From contig JBDRCO010000003.1 in the NCBI GenBank assembly GCA_043821645.1, positions 96,001 to 160,000 on the forward strand: a stretch of DNA of 64,000 bases, read 5' to 3'. Position numbers and translations under genes: made by a program. Positions 40,148 through 51,482 of the stretch are shown here, one piece after another. The notes beneath the pieces were generated by a model that was given only the letters and a program-made list of their open reading frames with translations, made no database searches and had not been told where the DNA came from. Position 1 is the first letter of the stretch; every line of letters begins with the position of its first letter. This DNA comes from Pseudomonadota bacterium (GTDB lineage: Bacteria > Myxococcota > JACRCW01 > JAFGSX01).

Positions 40148-41461
40148 CTGTCCTCGCTGCGAGCGAGGTCGGCCGGCGGGCCCGGAGTGTGAGAATCGGA
40201 TGGCGCTGCGGGCAAGGGCGCCAGCTTCTCGATGACCGCCGAGCCGACCAGATCTCCCCACACGTTGACCGTGGTGCGCAGCATGTCGAGCAGGCGATCC
40301 ACGGCGAGGATGAGACCGATGCCATCGAGGGGGAGACCCACGGCAGTGAGGACCATGGCCATGGTCACGGTCCCGGCACTCGGGATGGCTGCGGCGCCAA
40401 TGGCAGCCAGGGTCGCGGTCAGGAACACGATGACCTGCTCCAGTGGCCCGAGGTGGATGCCATAGACCTGGGCGATGAACACCGCGGCCACGGCCTCGTA
40501 CAGGGCGGTCCCATCCATGTTGATGGTGGCGCCCAGGGGCAGCACGAAGCTGGCCACCCGTCCGTCGACGCCGGCGCGCTCTTGCACCACCTCCAGGCTC
40601 ACCGGCAGCGTAGCGGCCGATGACGAGGTGCCAAGGGCCACGGCCAGGGCAGGGCGCACCGCCGCGGCGAAGTGCCAGGGGTGGCGGCGGCCGAGCAGCA
40701 TGAGTACGGTGGGCAACACCACCGCGCCGTGGATCAGCAGCCCCGCCACCACGACCAGGCTGTAGGCCGCGAGCAAGCGCAAGGCCTGCACACCGCCCCT
40801 GGCCAGGGCATCTGCGAGTAGGGCCATCACACCCAGCGGTGCGATCCACATGACGAGGTGAACGAGCTGCATCACCGCGTCGTTGAGGGTTCGAAAGACC
40901 TCGAGGGTGCGCTCACCAGCAGGTCCAAGGGTCGTCAGTGCCCCTCCCAGCAGCAAGGCGAACAAGATCACGGCCAGCACGTTTCCCTGGGCTGCCGCCG
41001 CGAAGGGGGTTCTGCAGCATGTTGCGCAGTTGGGCGCGGGCAAACTCGCCCCAGCTCGTGGGACGCGCCGCGATGTCGGCCACCCGCTGGCGATGGCTGG
41101 CCGCGGTCTCGGCTCCCTGCACGTCCTCCAGGGCCTGACCGAGCGCCGGAGCATCGGGACCCCGCTGTCCGGGTTTCACGGCATTGACCAGGGCCAGACC
41201 CAGCAGCACCGCCAGCAGTGTGGTGGACAGGTAGTAGACGACGCTGGTCACACCCAGCCGTCCCATGCGCCGAACGTCGCCCACCGCCGCCACTCCGCAC
41301 ACCATCGAGGTGAGGACCAGGGGGATGATCAGCATCATCAGGCCCAGCTTGAACAGGTCGCCGAACACGCTCAGGTAAGGGGCCACGCCCGGCGCAAGCA
41401 GGCCGAGGGTGGTGCCCGCGAGCACGGCGACGAGGATCCAGCTGGTGAGGGAGAGTCGCAT
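40144..41461 (-). pseudogene. Dicarboxylate/amino acid:cation symporter (GltP-like), one frameshift
   Basis: 5' frame to LQNP, 3' frame FAAAAQGNVLAVILF..TSSSAATLP..INMDGTALYE..DRLLDMLRT; extra base in G5 run 41005-41009. Confidence 0.8.
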
Positions 41462-41600
41462 GCCTGCAGGGTATTCGCCTGTCGTCGTCAGCTCAATGCT
41501 TGTGAGCGCCCGGATCTGCATGCTAATGTCCCGGAACTTCTCCCTTCGCGCGTGGCAGGGAACACGCGCCCGCTGGAGCCGGATGCGTCAGAGGTCTTGC

Positions 41601-43187
41601 ATGAATCGATTGGCGATTCTCGCCGTTGCGCAGCTGCTCGCCACGGTGGCAGGGGCGGCACCCGTCATCACGGAGATCTACTACAACCCGCCGGGCACCT
41701 CCGAGGCAGCCTTTGAGTGGATCGAGGTCTACAACCCGGGACCGGGGGACCTGGACATCTCGGGCATGGTGGTCGAGTCCCGCGGTGCCGCAAGCCCTCG
41801 ACTGGCCACGGTTCCGGCGGCGACGCCCGCTCTCGCCCAGGGGGACTACGCGGTGCTTGCTGGCAGCAGCTTGCTCGGCGTCAATTGCCGCACCGCCGCA
41901 CGCAGCATCGTCTTGACGGGTTCCTTCTCGCTCAACAACACGAATGACACCGGCCCGGACAACCCGCGCATCGCTCTGTTTCCAGCCGGGACCACGGACG
42001 TCGTCAGTACCACCCCCCTGGACCTCGTGGCCTATCGCGAAGGCGGCTTCCCCACGGCGGATGACGGGGTGTCGCTGATGCTCGTCGACGTGGGCGCCGA
42101 CAACTACCTGAGTTCCAGCTGGAGCGCGTCCCCGGGTCTTGGCTCGGGTTGCCTCGCTTATGCAACCAACACCTCGGGGAGCTTGTACGGCAGCCCCGGG
42201 CGCGCCAACGACTGGTGCTACCGCGGAGCCGGGGTGGATGCCGGGACCAGCGAGGACGCGGCCATCGAAGACGCTGCAATCGAGGATGGCTCCATCGTTA
42301 CCGACGCCGGCACGCCGGCCGCCGAGCCCGTGTGCCTGACCAGTGGCTTCGACGCCGGCATCGCCGACAGCGCTGTGGCCTCGGACAGCGCGGTGATCAT
42401 CGACGCGACCCAGGCCGACAGCTTCGGTCTCGACGCGGGCCTCATCGACCTTGGCCCGCAGAACCCTCCCACCATCGTGCTCAGCCAGCCCGCCAGCGCC
42501 GCCACGGTCAACCCCACGGTCGACATCGTCTACGCGGCGAGCGATCCCGATGGTGATGCCCTAAGCGTGGCGCTGTTCTATGCCGTCGACGACAGCGGGT
42601 ACGACGGCGTACTCATCGCCGGTAGTCTCGAGGCTCAGGGCACTTACACCTGGCGACCGACGGCTGTGCCCGAGGGCACCTACAGGGTCTTCGGACGCGC
42701 CACGGATGCGCGCGGGGGCCTGGCCTTTGCCTATGCTGCCGGCCCCGTGACCGTTCCCCCAGCCGCTGTTCAGGCCCCCCAGCTCACCCTGGTCTCCCCC
42801 ACGGGCAACGAGGGGGAGGTGAGTGGACTGGTGGACATCGCGTTCACGCACAATGACATCCCCGGCACCATCGATCTGTTCTTCGACACCGACAACCGAG
42901 GTTATGACGGCGTGGCCATCCTGGGTGGCATCGCTGTTCCGGGAGGTCCCACGCGCGTGCAGTGGGATACCAGCGAGGTGCCCGCCGGGAGCTACTTCGT
43001 ACATGGTCGCTACCAGACAGCTACCGGGGTCGCGACGGCGTACAGCCCGGGTTCGGTGACCGTGATCCACCCACAAGAAGGGTGCCAGTGCCGCGGGGTT
43101 GCGGCGCCGGCCGGAGCTGCGACCGGATTCCTGACTCTGACAACACTGTTCCTGTTGAGGCGACGTCGTCCAGCGACGTGGCGGTGA
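41601..43187 (+). CDS. Lamin-tail-domain surface protein with Ig-like domains and MYXO-CTERM-like tail
   Basis: Signal peptide, PVITEIYYNP..EWIEVYN, GSPGRAN, DAG-rich linker, two GYDGV repeats, GCQC..hydrophobic..RRRR. Confidence 0.8.
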   Translation: MNRLAILAVAQLLATVAGAAPVITEIYYNPPGTSEAAFEWIEVYNPGPGDLDISGMVVESRGAASPRLATVPAATPALAQGDYAVLAGSSLLGVNCRTAARSIVLTGSFSLNNTNDTGPDNPRIALFPAGTTDVVSTTPLDLVAYREGGFPTADDGVSLMLVDVGADNYLSSSWSASPGLGSGCLAYATNTSGSLYGSPGRANDWCYRGAGVDAGTSEDAAIEDAAIEDGSIVTDAGTPAAEPVCLTSGFDAGIADSAVASDSAVIIDATQADSFGLDAGLIDLGPQNPPTIVLSQPASAATVNPTVDIVYAASDPDGDALSVALFYAVDDSGYDGVLIAGSLEAQGTYTWRPTAVPEGTYRVFGRATDARGGLAFAYAAGPVTVPPAAVQAPQLTLVSPTGNEGEVSGLVDIAFTHNDIPGTIDLFFDTDNRGYDGVAILGGIAVPGGPTRVQWDTSEVPAGSYFVHGRYQTATGVATAYSPGSVTVIHPQEGCQCRGVAAPAGAATGFLTLTTLFLLRRRRPATWR

Positions 43188-43193
43188 GGCTTC

Positions 43194-43925
<732 letters not shown>

Positions 43926-43983
43926 GTCTGCTCCGGCGCGACGGGGCGCGCCTGAACGACGGGGGAGCGGGTGGAAAAGAGGG

Positions 43984-44865
43984 ATGACGAAGCTGCGCAA
44001 GAGCAAGACGGCGGTGACCGTGATCAGCAAGATCGCGGAGCGCACGACCGCCGGCGATGCGTGCCTGATCGTCATCTACGGTGAGGATCTCGGCCGCAAG
44101 TACTCCTTAGGTCAGGGCCAGATCAGCATCGGGCGCTCGGCGCGCTGCGACGTCCAGATCGACCAGGAAGCCATCTCCCGCCAGCATGCCAAGATCGTGG
44201 CGGCCTTCGGCGAGACCGTGATCTCCGATCTGGGCTCGACCAATGGCAGCTACGTCAACGACGAACTCATCGACCAGGCCACGCTTCAGGATGGCGACCT
44301 GGTCAAGATCGGCCGCACGATCTTCAAGTACCTGTCCGGCAGCAACATCGAGCAGTCCTACCACGAGGAGATCTACCGCCTCACCACCATCGATGGTCTG
44401 ACCCAGGTCCACAACAAGCGCTACTTGATGGAGCAGCTGGAGCGCGAGATTTCCCGGGCCCGGCGCTACCAGCGACCCTTCGCGCTGGTGGTGTTCGATG
44501 TGGACAATTTTGCCCAGGTCAACCACGGCTTCGGTCACCTGGCCGGAGACGCCGTGCTTGCCCAGCTTGCTCGCATGGTGAACCAGAGCTCGCGCCGCCA
44601 TGACATCGTGGCGCGCATCGAGGCCGAGCAGTTTGCGGTGGCCCTGCCCGAGATCGACCTCAAGGCCGCGCGCATCTTTGCCGAGCGCGTCCGTTCCATG
44701 GTCCATCGCTCGACCTTCACCTTCGAAGAGGCGGCCATTCGCGTGACCCTGAGCATGGGTGTGGCGGCCATGGGGGAGGAGACGGGACCCAGCGAGCTGA
44801 TGTCCGCGGTGAACGAGAACCTGTCGCTTGCAAAGACACGCGGCGGCAATTGCGTGAGCGGCTGA
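43984..44865 (+). CDS. FHA + degenerate GGDEF protein
   Basis: FHA IGRS..SRQHA..DLGSTNGSYVN; DGLTQVHNKRY, GHLAGD, active-site position EAEQF. Confidence 0.88.
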   Translation: MTKLRKSKTAVTVISKIAERTTAGDACLIVIYGEDLGRKYSLGQGQISIGRSARCDVQIDQEAISRQHAKIVAAFGETVISDLGSTNGSYVNDELIDQATLQDGDLVKIGRTIFKYLSGSNIEQSYHEEIYRLTTIDGLTQVHNKRYLMEQLEREISRARRYQRPFALVVFDVDNFAQVNHGFGHLAGDAVLAQLARMVNQSSRRHDIVARIEAEQFAVALPEIDLKAARIFAERVRSMVHRSTFTFEEAAIRVTLSMGVAAMGEETGPSELMSAVNENLSLAKTRGGNCVSG

Positions 44866-44869
44866 GCGG

Positions 44870-45655
44870 GTGCGGCGCCTCCCGCTCCACGCCTTGCTGG
44901 CGCTTCTCATCTTCGCGGCGGCCCTGCTCGAGGGCTGTCGGACCACCCCGGACGCATCGCCTGTCGGCCCCGAACTCCCGGTTGAAGGCACCTCCCTCGC
45001 CGTCGACGACCGCTTTCCACCCGCGGCCGATGTCGAGCGCCTGATCGCTTCGTATCGTGGCGAGGTCGAGGCGGAGATGCTGGTCGCGGTGGCCACGGCT
45101 CCGGTGGCGATCACGCGCGGCCGGCCTGAAGGCACCCTGGGTAACCTCATCGCGGATTCCATCCGCACCGCGGCCGAGCGCAACACCGGCCAGCCCGTCG
45201 ACCTGGCGTTCAGCAATGCGGGGGGAGTCCGCAACGACATTCCTGCAGGAAAAGTCACGGTCGGTACATTGTTCGAGGTGATGCCCTTTGATAACAGCAT
45301 CGTCGTGTTCGAGCTGAGCGGCGAGGATCTGCAGCGCACGCTCGATTCCCTGGCCGCCCGGGGCGGCGATCCCATGTCCGGCGCGCGCTACCTGCTCAAG
45401 GATGGGCGGGCCCAGGACCTGACCATTGGCGGCCGCCCCATCAATCCCAAAGGGCGCTACCGCGTCGCGACCAACGACTACGTGTTCGACGGTGGCGGGC
45501 GCATCGCCGGTCTGGATCGCGCCACGCGCGTGGTGCGCACGGGGGTGCTGCTCCGGGACGCTCTCATCGATCAGGTGCGGGAGCTGTCTCGCGGCGACGG
45601 CACGCTGCAGCTATCCGTCGACGGCCGCATCCGCGTCGCCGGGGAGGAACGATGA
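44870..45655 (+). CDS. 5'-nucleotidase C-terminal domain lipoprotein
   Basis: Lipobox LEGC; EGTLGNLIADS, NAGGVR, MPFDN, YRVATNDY. Confidence 0.88.
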   Translation: MRRLPLHALLALLIFAAALLEGCRTTPDASPVGPELPVEGTSLAVDDRFPPAADVERLIASYRGEVEAEMLVAVATAPVAITRGRPEGTLGNLIADSIRTAAERNTGQPVDLAFSNAGGVRNDIPAGKVTVGTLFEVMPFDNSIVVFELSGEDLQRTLDSLAARGGDPMSGARYLLKDGRAQDLTIGGRPINPKGRYRVATNDYVFDGGGRIAGLDRATRVVRTGVLLRDALIDQVRELSRGDGTLQLSVDGRIRVAGEER

Positions 45656-46593
45656 CCCTCGGGCGACGACGGTTCCTGCACGGGCTTGCCGCAGGTGCGG
45701 GATCCGTGGTGGCAGGCCCCCTGATCCGGGTGGCCAGGGCCAGCGAGCCCGTGGTCGGCACGGTCACCTTGCTGCACACGAACGACACCCATTCGCGCAT
45801 CGACCCCTTTCCCGAAGGCTCCGGTCGCCATGCCAACCGGGGTGGCGTGGCCAGACGCACCAGCCTGATCCGAAGAGTGCGCGAGGTGTGGCCCGAGACC
45901 CTGGTGCTCGACGGCGGTGATTTCTTTCAGGGCACTCCGTACTTCAACCGGTTCAAGGGTGAGATCGAGGTCAAGACACTGCAGGCCATGGGCTACGACG
46001 CGGTCTGCATCGGCAACCACGACTTCGATCTCGGCGTCGAGGGGCTGGTCGCCGCGATGAAGCACGGGCGCTTTCCTCTGCTCAACGCCAACTACGAGAT
46101 CCAGAACCCGGCCCTGAGGCCCCTGGTCAAGCCCTACATCGTGAAGCAGCTCGGCGCGGTTCGAGTCGGGGTTTTTGGCCTGGGTGTCGCCCTCGATGGC
46201 CTCGTCAACCCCAAGCAGTGCCAGGGTGTGAGCTATCGAGATCCGGTGGCTGCGGCACGGGCCGCCGTCGAGGAACTGCGCGTGGACCACGGTGCGCACA
46301 TGGTCGTCGCCGTGTCGCACCTGGGCTTCAACGGCGTGCTGGGCGAGCCGGGAGACCAGGACTGGCCACGCGAGGTCAAGGGCGTGGACTACGTCGTGGG
46401 AGGGCATACCCATACCTTCCTCGACGCACCTCGCGGCGTGCGCTACGGCCGCGGTGGCTGGGAGACCCTGGTCATGCAGGTGGGCTTCGCAGGCATCAAT
46501 GTGGGGCGCGCAGACTTCGACATCAGCGCAGGTACACCCCGGCTGCGTTACGCTGGCGTGGTCGGCGTGGGTGGTCCAGCCGTCCTAGCCTGA
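45652..46593 (+). CDS. 5'-nucleotidase N-terminal metallophosphatase, Tat signal
   Basis: RRRFL; LHTNDTHS, DGGDFFQG, GNHDFD, SHLG, GGHTH. Confidence 0.9.
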   Translation: MTLGRRRFLHGLAAGAGSVVAGPLIRVARASEPVVGTVTLLHTNDTHSRIDPFPEGSGRHANRGGVARRTSLIRRVREVWPETLVLDGGDFFQGTPYFNRFKGEIEVKTLQAMGYDAVCIGNHDFDLGVEGLVAAMKHGRFPLLNANYEIQNPALRPLVKPYIVKQLGAVRVGVFGLGVALDGLVNPKQCQGVSYRDPVAAARAAVEELRVDHGAHMVVAVSHLGFNGVLGEPGDQDWPREVKGVDYVVGGHTHTFLDAPRGVRYGRGGWETLVMQVGFAGINVGRADFDISAGTPRLRYAGVVGVGGPAVLA

Positions 46594-46638
46594 GCGCTGC
46601 ATCGGGCGCGAACTCGAACACCGTCGCGGTGGGATCGT

Positions 46639-47853
46639 TCAGGGGACACGCGTAGCCGGGGCGACACCGCCTCCGAAGCCGCTGCGGGCGATCATCTGTG
46701 CCAGCTTCTCGGGCGTCATGGCGCCCTTGTGCAGCGTGCCGTTGATCTCGTAGAAGGGCGTGCCCGTGGCCTGGTAGGCGACCCCGCGGGCGACGTCAGC
46801 ACGCAGATGCGCCAGGACGCGCGCGCCGCCAACGCAGGTGTCGAAGCGTGGTCTATCCAGGCTGAGTTCGTCGACCAGCCTGTCGATGGTGGACTCGCCG
46901 AGCTGCTTTTGCAGCATGAACAGGCGGTCGTTCATCTCCCAGAACTTGCCCTGCTCGCCGGCGCATTCCGCGGCTTCGGCGGCCAGGCAGGCATAGCGGT
47001 GAAAGGGTCGATCAAGTTCCTCGTTGCAGGCCATGTCGAGGGGATAGTGGCGGTGTACCAGGCGCAGGCGGTCTGGCTGGGCCAGCACGGCCTCGCGCAC
47101 GACATCATGGCTGCGGGCACAATAGGGACACTCGTAGTCGCTGAACTCGACGATGGTCACCGCCGGATTGGAGGCACCGATCCAGTGCGCGCCGTCCTCG
47201 AGCTGCCCGGTTCCAAGGTTGCCTGCACCCCCGTGGCCCGCCGACGCGGTCTTCCAGTAGGGAGGGAGGAAGATCAGCAGCAGCGCACTGACGAGGACGA
47301 AGGCGCCGGCAGCGACCGCTGTGGCCCGTGCCCGCTGCGCCAGCACGCGCAGGTCCGACACCACGCTTCCGACGACACCCGGGCCGTGCCCGACCGTCGC
47401 CACCAGACCAAGCCCGAGAAGGGCGGCGTTCACGGCGTAGGTACCGACACAATAGGGACAGATCTTCTCGAGCACGAACACGGAGATGGCAGCGTTGTAG
47501 ACAGACACCAGGGTGAACAGGGCGCCCAGGCCGACCAGCGCACCCCTGGGCCAACCCGACCGTGGTGCCGCGATCCCGCCGCTGACGACGACACCCAGCA
47601 GCACCAGGTAGCCCAGCAGACCCCACAGCGCCACCGGAAGGCCCAGGGATACCGCGTAGGGGCTCATCTCGACGAAGGAGCAGCTCACGGTCTGGTTGAA
47701 GTCGCAGCCCGGCGCGTAGCTCGCGTCCGTGTACAGCTTGTAGTGGACCCAGGCCAGGTGTGTGCTCAGCCCGGACCCCACCAGAGCCAGCAGCCCTGCC
47801 AGCAGGAGCAGGACACGCGGACGCCGGGTTGTATCGGCCGGTTCACTGGACAT
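46639..47853 (-). CDS. VKOR-DsbA fusion
   Basis: C-x7-C..SPYA, TM helices, ICPYC; then EFSDYECPYC, RHYPL, GTP. Confidence 0.88.
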   Translation of the reverse strand: MSSEPADTTRRPRVLLLLAGLLALVGSGLSTHLAWVHYKLYTDASYAPGCDFNQTVSCSFVEMSPYAVSLGLPVALWGLLGYLVLLGVVVSGGIAAPRSGWPRGALVGLGALFTLVSVYNAAISVFVLEKICPYCVGTYAVNAALLGLGLVATVGHGPGVVGSVVSDLRVLAQRARATAVAAGAFVLVSALLLIFLPPYWKTASAGHGGAGNLGTGQLEDGAHWIGASNPAVTIVEFSDYECPYCARSHDVVREAVLAQPDRLRLVHRHYPLDMACNEELDRPFHRYACLAAEAAECAGEQGKFWEMNDRLFMLQKQLGESTIDRLVDELSLDRPRFDTCVGGARVLAHLRADVARGVAYQATGTPFYEINGTLHKGAMTPEKLAQMIARSGFGGGVAPATRVP

Positions 47854-47934
47854 GGGCACTCTCCCGCACCGGGGCAGCGAGAACGCGCTCACTGTAACGA
47901 GAGCCTCGACGCGACCAAAGAGAAAAGTGCAGCG

Positions 47935-50559
47935 TCAGCGTCGACGTCGATGCAGGCCAAGCAACAGGCCCAGCAGGGCCAGGCTACCAGGATGCCGAGC
48001 AGAGCTGCGGCAGTCGCAACCGTCCCGCGGTTCGGGCGTGGGTGGCGGTGGCCCGGGCTTGTCCGGGCAGGCCTCGATGCCGTGCGGTGGGCTCAGGTCG
48101 CATTGCTCGCTATCGGACACACTCGATGGCATGGCGGCGCAGGCCGCGGGTTCCGGTCGTGAGGGGTCTGGCAGCACGTCGAGGTCGCCGTCGCAGGCCG
48201 ACGCCAGTTCGGCGTCGATCGTGGCGCGGGCACGCACGTTGGTGATGGTCGCGGTGCCGCCGCCGTTGATGAAGGCGACGAAGTAAGTGGCACCGCAGGC
48301 CTCGTCGACGGTGACGACCACGGGCTGCACCTGCGACGGTTGCCCTATTCCACCTCCGGTGCGCGTCACTGGCAGGCGCTCATCTGCATCGTGGGTCACG
48401 GCACCAGCGCTACGCTGGTAACGGATGGGGCTGCCGCGCTTGAGCAGGACCTCGAACGCGGGCGTGCTGCCGAAGAAAGCGTCGGTGCCCCCCGAGCCCT
48501 CGGCCCAGGTCAGGGTCAGGTCCGTGCTGCCCTTGGGCAGGTCCACGCGAAGCTGCGTCTGGGACGGGGCCTCGTTGACACCGATGTCGCCGCTACCGGA
48601 GACGTAGAGCAGGTTCACGGGCTTGGACACCGAGGCTCCGCTCGCGTCGACGGCGAGCACCTGCAGCACGCGCTCGCAGCCGAGCATGCCCCGGCGCTCG
48701 AACACACAATGAGCGATCTGGTAGGCGCCGCTTTCCCGTCCGTAGGCCTGGGCCAGGGCCAGGGCTGTGGCCTCGGAGGCCTGGTCGTAGGTGGCGTCGG
48801 GGGGCAGCCCCATCAGGCCATCGAACACGGCGGCATCGAAGCGATCGCGATCGCAGGTCTCCCCCACGAACACATTGCGCAGCTCCCATAGTGCGCCGCT
48901 CCAGGGCCAGGAGTCGTCATGGACCTCCCCGGTCAGATCATCCGGACAAATGCGATCATTGTCCGCGTCCCGGATGCCGCCTTCCTCTCCGGCGACGTGA
49001 CCGCCGTATTCGCCCGTCACCGAATCGTTGGACAGGCTCGCGGCGAAGTAGTCCGCGTAGCCCTCGTTGAGGGAGCCCGGTGACATCAGGGAGCCCTGCT
49101 CGTCGAGGGTAGCAAAGACCAGATCCGTGGTGGATCCGATCACCGCGTGAGTCATCTCGTGGTAGACGATGTCGCCGTCGTAGCCAAAGTCCCTGTCGTC
49201 GCCCTGGAACATCACCACCGAGTCGTAGTCGCGATCGAAGATGTCGATGGGCAGGGGTTGGGTGCCCGGGGTCGAGGCGGGGATGTAGGCGGCATTGGCG
49301 ATGCGCATGTAGTCGTTGATGACCACGGGGTTGTCCGCGGCACCGCGGCCCTGGCCCAGGGGCCAGGGTGCGATCTGGGTGTATGCCTGCTCGAAGTCCG
49401 GCACCACCAAATTGGCAGTCAGGTGAAAGGGGGCCGCCGGGGCCTGGGGCGTGCCACCGTGGGCGCGCAGCTGCAGGTCGGGGTTGCCCACCTGCCGCAG
49501 GTACGAGAACAGGTTCTGGGCATTGAAGTAGATCGCGGGCTCGGCAAAGGGGTCCTCGAGGGCGTCGTCGTAGTTGGCGGCGCCCGGCGCGGGATCCACC
49601 GGATCGAACAGAAAGTAGCCGTCGCTGGCCCGGGCCTTGGGGTGCTCGGAGCAGCTCACGATGTCGTAGTAGATGGGGTCCGCTCCGAAGCCGATGGGGT
49701 TGCTGATATTGCCCTGAACTCGGCTGTCCGGCCCGTCGGGGTCGCAGTCCACCTGGCGGCAGCAATTGAAGGTCTGAAAGTAGGATCCGCGCAGGTAGCC
49801 GTCGTCGTCTGGCGTCGCGAAGGGCAACAAGGTCTGTTGGGCGTCACCGTCGTTGAGCTCGGCCCCTGGCGTCGGCGTGAACACCCGGGCGCAGGCGAAG
49901 TCCGCGGCGAGGCGAACGCGGTTGGTCTCGCGCAAGGCGCGGCCGTCGCGGGCATCGATGATCAGCTCGGGGCGCTGCAAGGGATGCAGACTGCGGGGGT
50001 AGACCACGAACACCGGCCGCAGGCGAATCCCGTCGTCAAACCAGGCGTGGGCCACGGTTCCGGGATTCCGCTCCACCGAGGGGTCGGCGATCACCAGAGC
50101 GTGCGTGTGCCGCACCGCTGCCAGGAGTGCGCCTCGCGCATCCAGGAGCCAGCGCGCATCGACCGCGGTCACCGGCAGGTGCGCGCTCACGCGATCGAGC
50201 TGACCTCTCTCGTCGACGTGGACCAGGACTTGCCGGTCGAGCACAGGGACACCCTGTACCGCGAGCGCGAAGGGGACCCAGGTCCCGAGCCGCGTGCGGC
50301 GTTCGGGGCCCGGAATCAGCTCCAGCTCCCGCAGCCCCAGGGGCAGACGTTCTGCCTCGAGGTAGGCTTGCGCCGTGCGGGTGGCTGTGTCGAGGATGAG
50401 GCCAGGCTCCGTCACGGATCGGGTGAATCGATGACCGGTGGCGACCAGGGTATCCACAGGCCCCTGGCGCGTCGACGAGGGCGGCGGTTCCCCGAGCACG
50501 TTTCGGCTGTCATGTGCAGACTGTGCTACCAAGGCGACGAGGGCGAATTCGATCCACAT
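47935..50559 (-). CDS. Exported gluzincin (M36/M4-like) with MYXO-CTERM-like tail
   Basis: Propeptide-like region, DGDIVYHEMTH, LNEGYADYFA, GEVH..WSGALW; tail GCDC..LALLGLLLGLHRRRR. Confidence 0.82.
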   Translation of the reverse strand: MWIEFALVALVAQSAHDSRNVLGEPPPSSTRQGPVDTLVATGHRFTRSVTEPGLILDTATRTAQAYLEAERLPLGLRELELIPGPERRTRLGTWVPFALAVQGVPVLDRQVLVHVDERGQLDRVSAHLPVTAVDARWLLDARGALLAAVRHTHALVIADPSVERNPGTVAHAWFDDGIRLRPVFVVYPRSLHPLQRPELIIDARDGRALRETNRVRLAADFACARVFTPTPGAELNDGDAQQTLLPFATPDDDGYLRGSYFQTFNCCRQVDCDPDGPDSRVQGNISNPIGFGADPIYYDIVSCSEHPKARASDGYFLFDPVDPAPGAANYDDALEDPFAEPAIYFNAQNLFSYLRQVGNPDLQLRAHGGTPQAPAAPFHLTANLVVPDFEQAYTQIAPWPLGQGRGAADNPVVINDYMRIANAAYIPASTPGTQPLPIDIFDRDYDSVVMFQGDDRDFGYDGDIVYHEMTHAVIGSTTDLVFATLDEQGSLMSPGSLNEGYADYFAASLSNDSVTGEYGGHVAGEEGGIRDADNDRICPDDLTGEVHDDSWPWSGALWELRNVFVGETCDRDRFDAAVFDGLMGLPPDATYDQASEATALALAQAYGRESGAYQIAHCVFERRGMLGCERVLQVLAVDASGASVSKPVNLLYVSGSGDIGVNEAPSQTQLRVDLPKGSTDLTLTWAEGSGGTDAFFGSTPAFEVLLKRGSPIRYQRSAGAVTHDADERLPVTRTGGGIGQPSQVQPVVVTVDEACGATYFVAFINGGGTATITNVRARATIDAELASACDGDLDVLPDPSRPEPAACAAMPSSVSDSEQCDLSPPHGIEACPDKPGPPPPTPEPRDGCDCRSSARHPGSLALLGLLLGLHRRRR

Positions 50560-50776
50560 GTCATGCTCCGAGCTAGTGCCGTGGCTGGCATCCTAGCATA
50601 GTGCAGCAGTCGCGCCCCTCTCCGTGGGGGAGGATTGAATAGCCGGCCCGAGACCCCCGTCCATCCCAGAGCAGGGGCTCGCAGCCGGCACCTGACACGC
50701 TATAATGCCCACCCCAGGGAGCCGCAGCAGGGGGATCTGAGATCGCTGGGCCGGGTAACAAAAAGGAGAACGACGA

Positions 50777-51412
50777 ATGAGCAGGCAGTGGTGTGGGAGT
50801 TTGGTCGCGGCGGGTCTGCTGACGGCACTGGTCCCCCCGGTGCAGGCGGCCGAGTCCATGACACCCGATGACTTCAGGGTCTACTGCGGCTACCTCGAAG
50901 CCCAGCAGGACGAGACCATGGCCAAGCTGTCCACCAAGGCACGCGATGCCAAGATCGCGAAGATGGCCAAGGTCAACCCCAAGAAGCTCAAGCAGATGGT
51001 CAAGCTGGGTGAGAGCTGGGGTTCGAGCTGCGAGGCGATCACCAAGCAGGTGGAGAAGGACATCCTGCAGGCGTTACAGGACACGCGGCTCAAGAGCCGG
51101 GTCGAGTTCGTCGAGGTCAGCGGAGAGCAGTGGGACCAGATGGTCGTGCGCATTCGCTGGAAGGGCGACGAGGACAGGTATCTCGAAGAGGAGGCGGCCA
51201 CTGCTGCACTGGTCACCCTCGAGCGATTTCCCATGGTACACACCATGGCCTGTGCCGCGTACAACCCGCACAAACCCGATGAGTCCCTGTTCGAGGGCAT
51301 CATTTCCAACTCGCGCATGGGCAACATCCAGAAGGATCGCATCGAGACCTTCGCAGACACGCGCTACATCAAGCTTTTCGACAACAAGAAGTTTGCCAAG
51401 CCGCGACCCTGA
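50777..51412 (+). CDS. Hypothetical exported protein
   Basis: AAGGAG RBS, TATAAT at 50701, signal peptide ending VQA. Confidence 0.75.
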   Translation: MSRQWCGSLVAAGLLTALVPPVQAAESMTPDDFRVYCGYLEAQQDETMAKLSTKARDAKIAKMAKVNPKKLKQMVKLGESWGSSCEAITKQVEKDILQALQDTRLKSRVEFVEVSGEQWDQMVVRIRWKGDEDRYLEEEAATAALVTLERFPMVHTMACAAYNPHKPDESLFEGIISNSRMGNIQKDRIETFADTRYIKLFDNKKFAKPRP

Positions 51413-51482
51413 GCGAGGCTCAGGCGGCGCCAGCGCGCGCTCTTTTGCTGCCGGGCAATGCTCCACGAGCAGGCCCCCGAAA

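Noticed and set aside
42235-42445. Short DAG/EDAAI repeats as a CRISPR or repeat element
   Set aside because: In-frame low-complexity protein linker without repeat-spacer structure.
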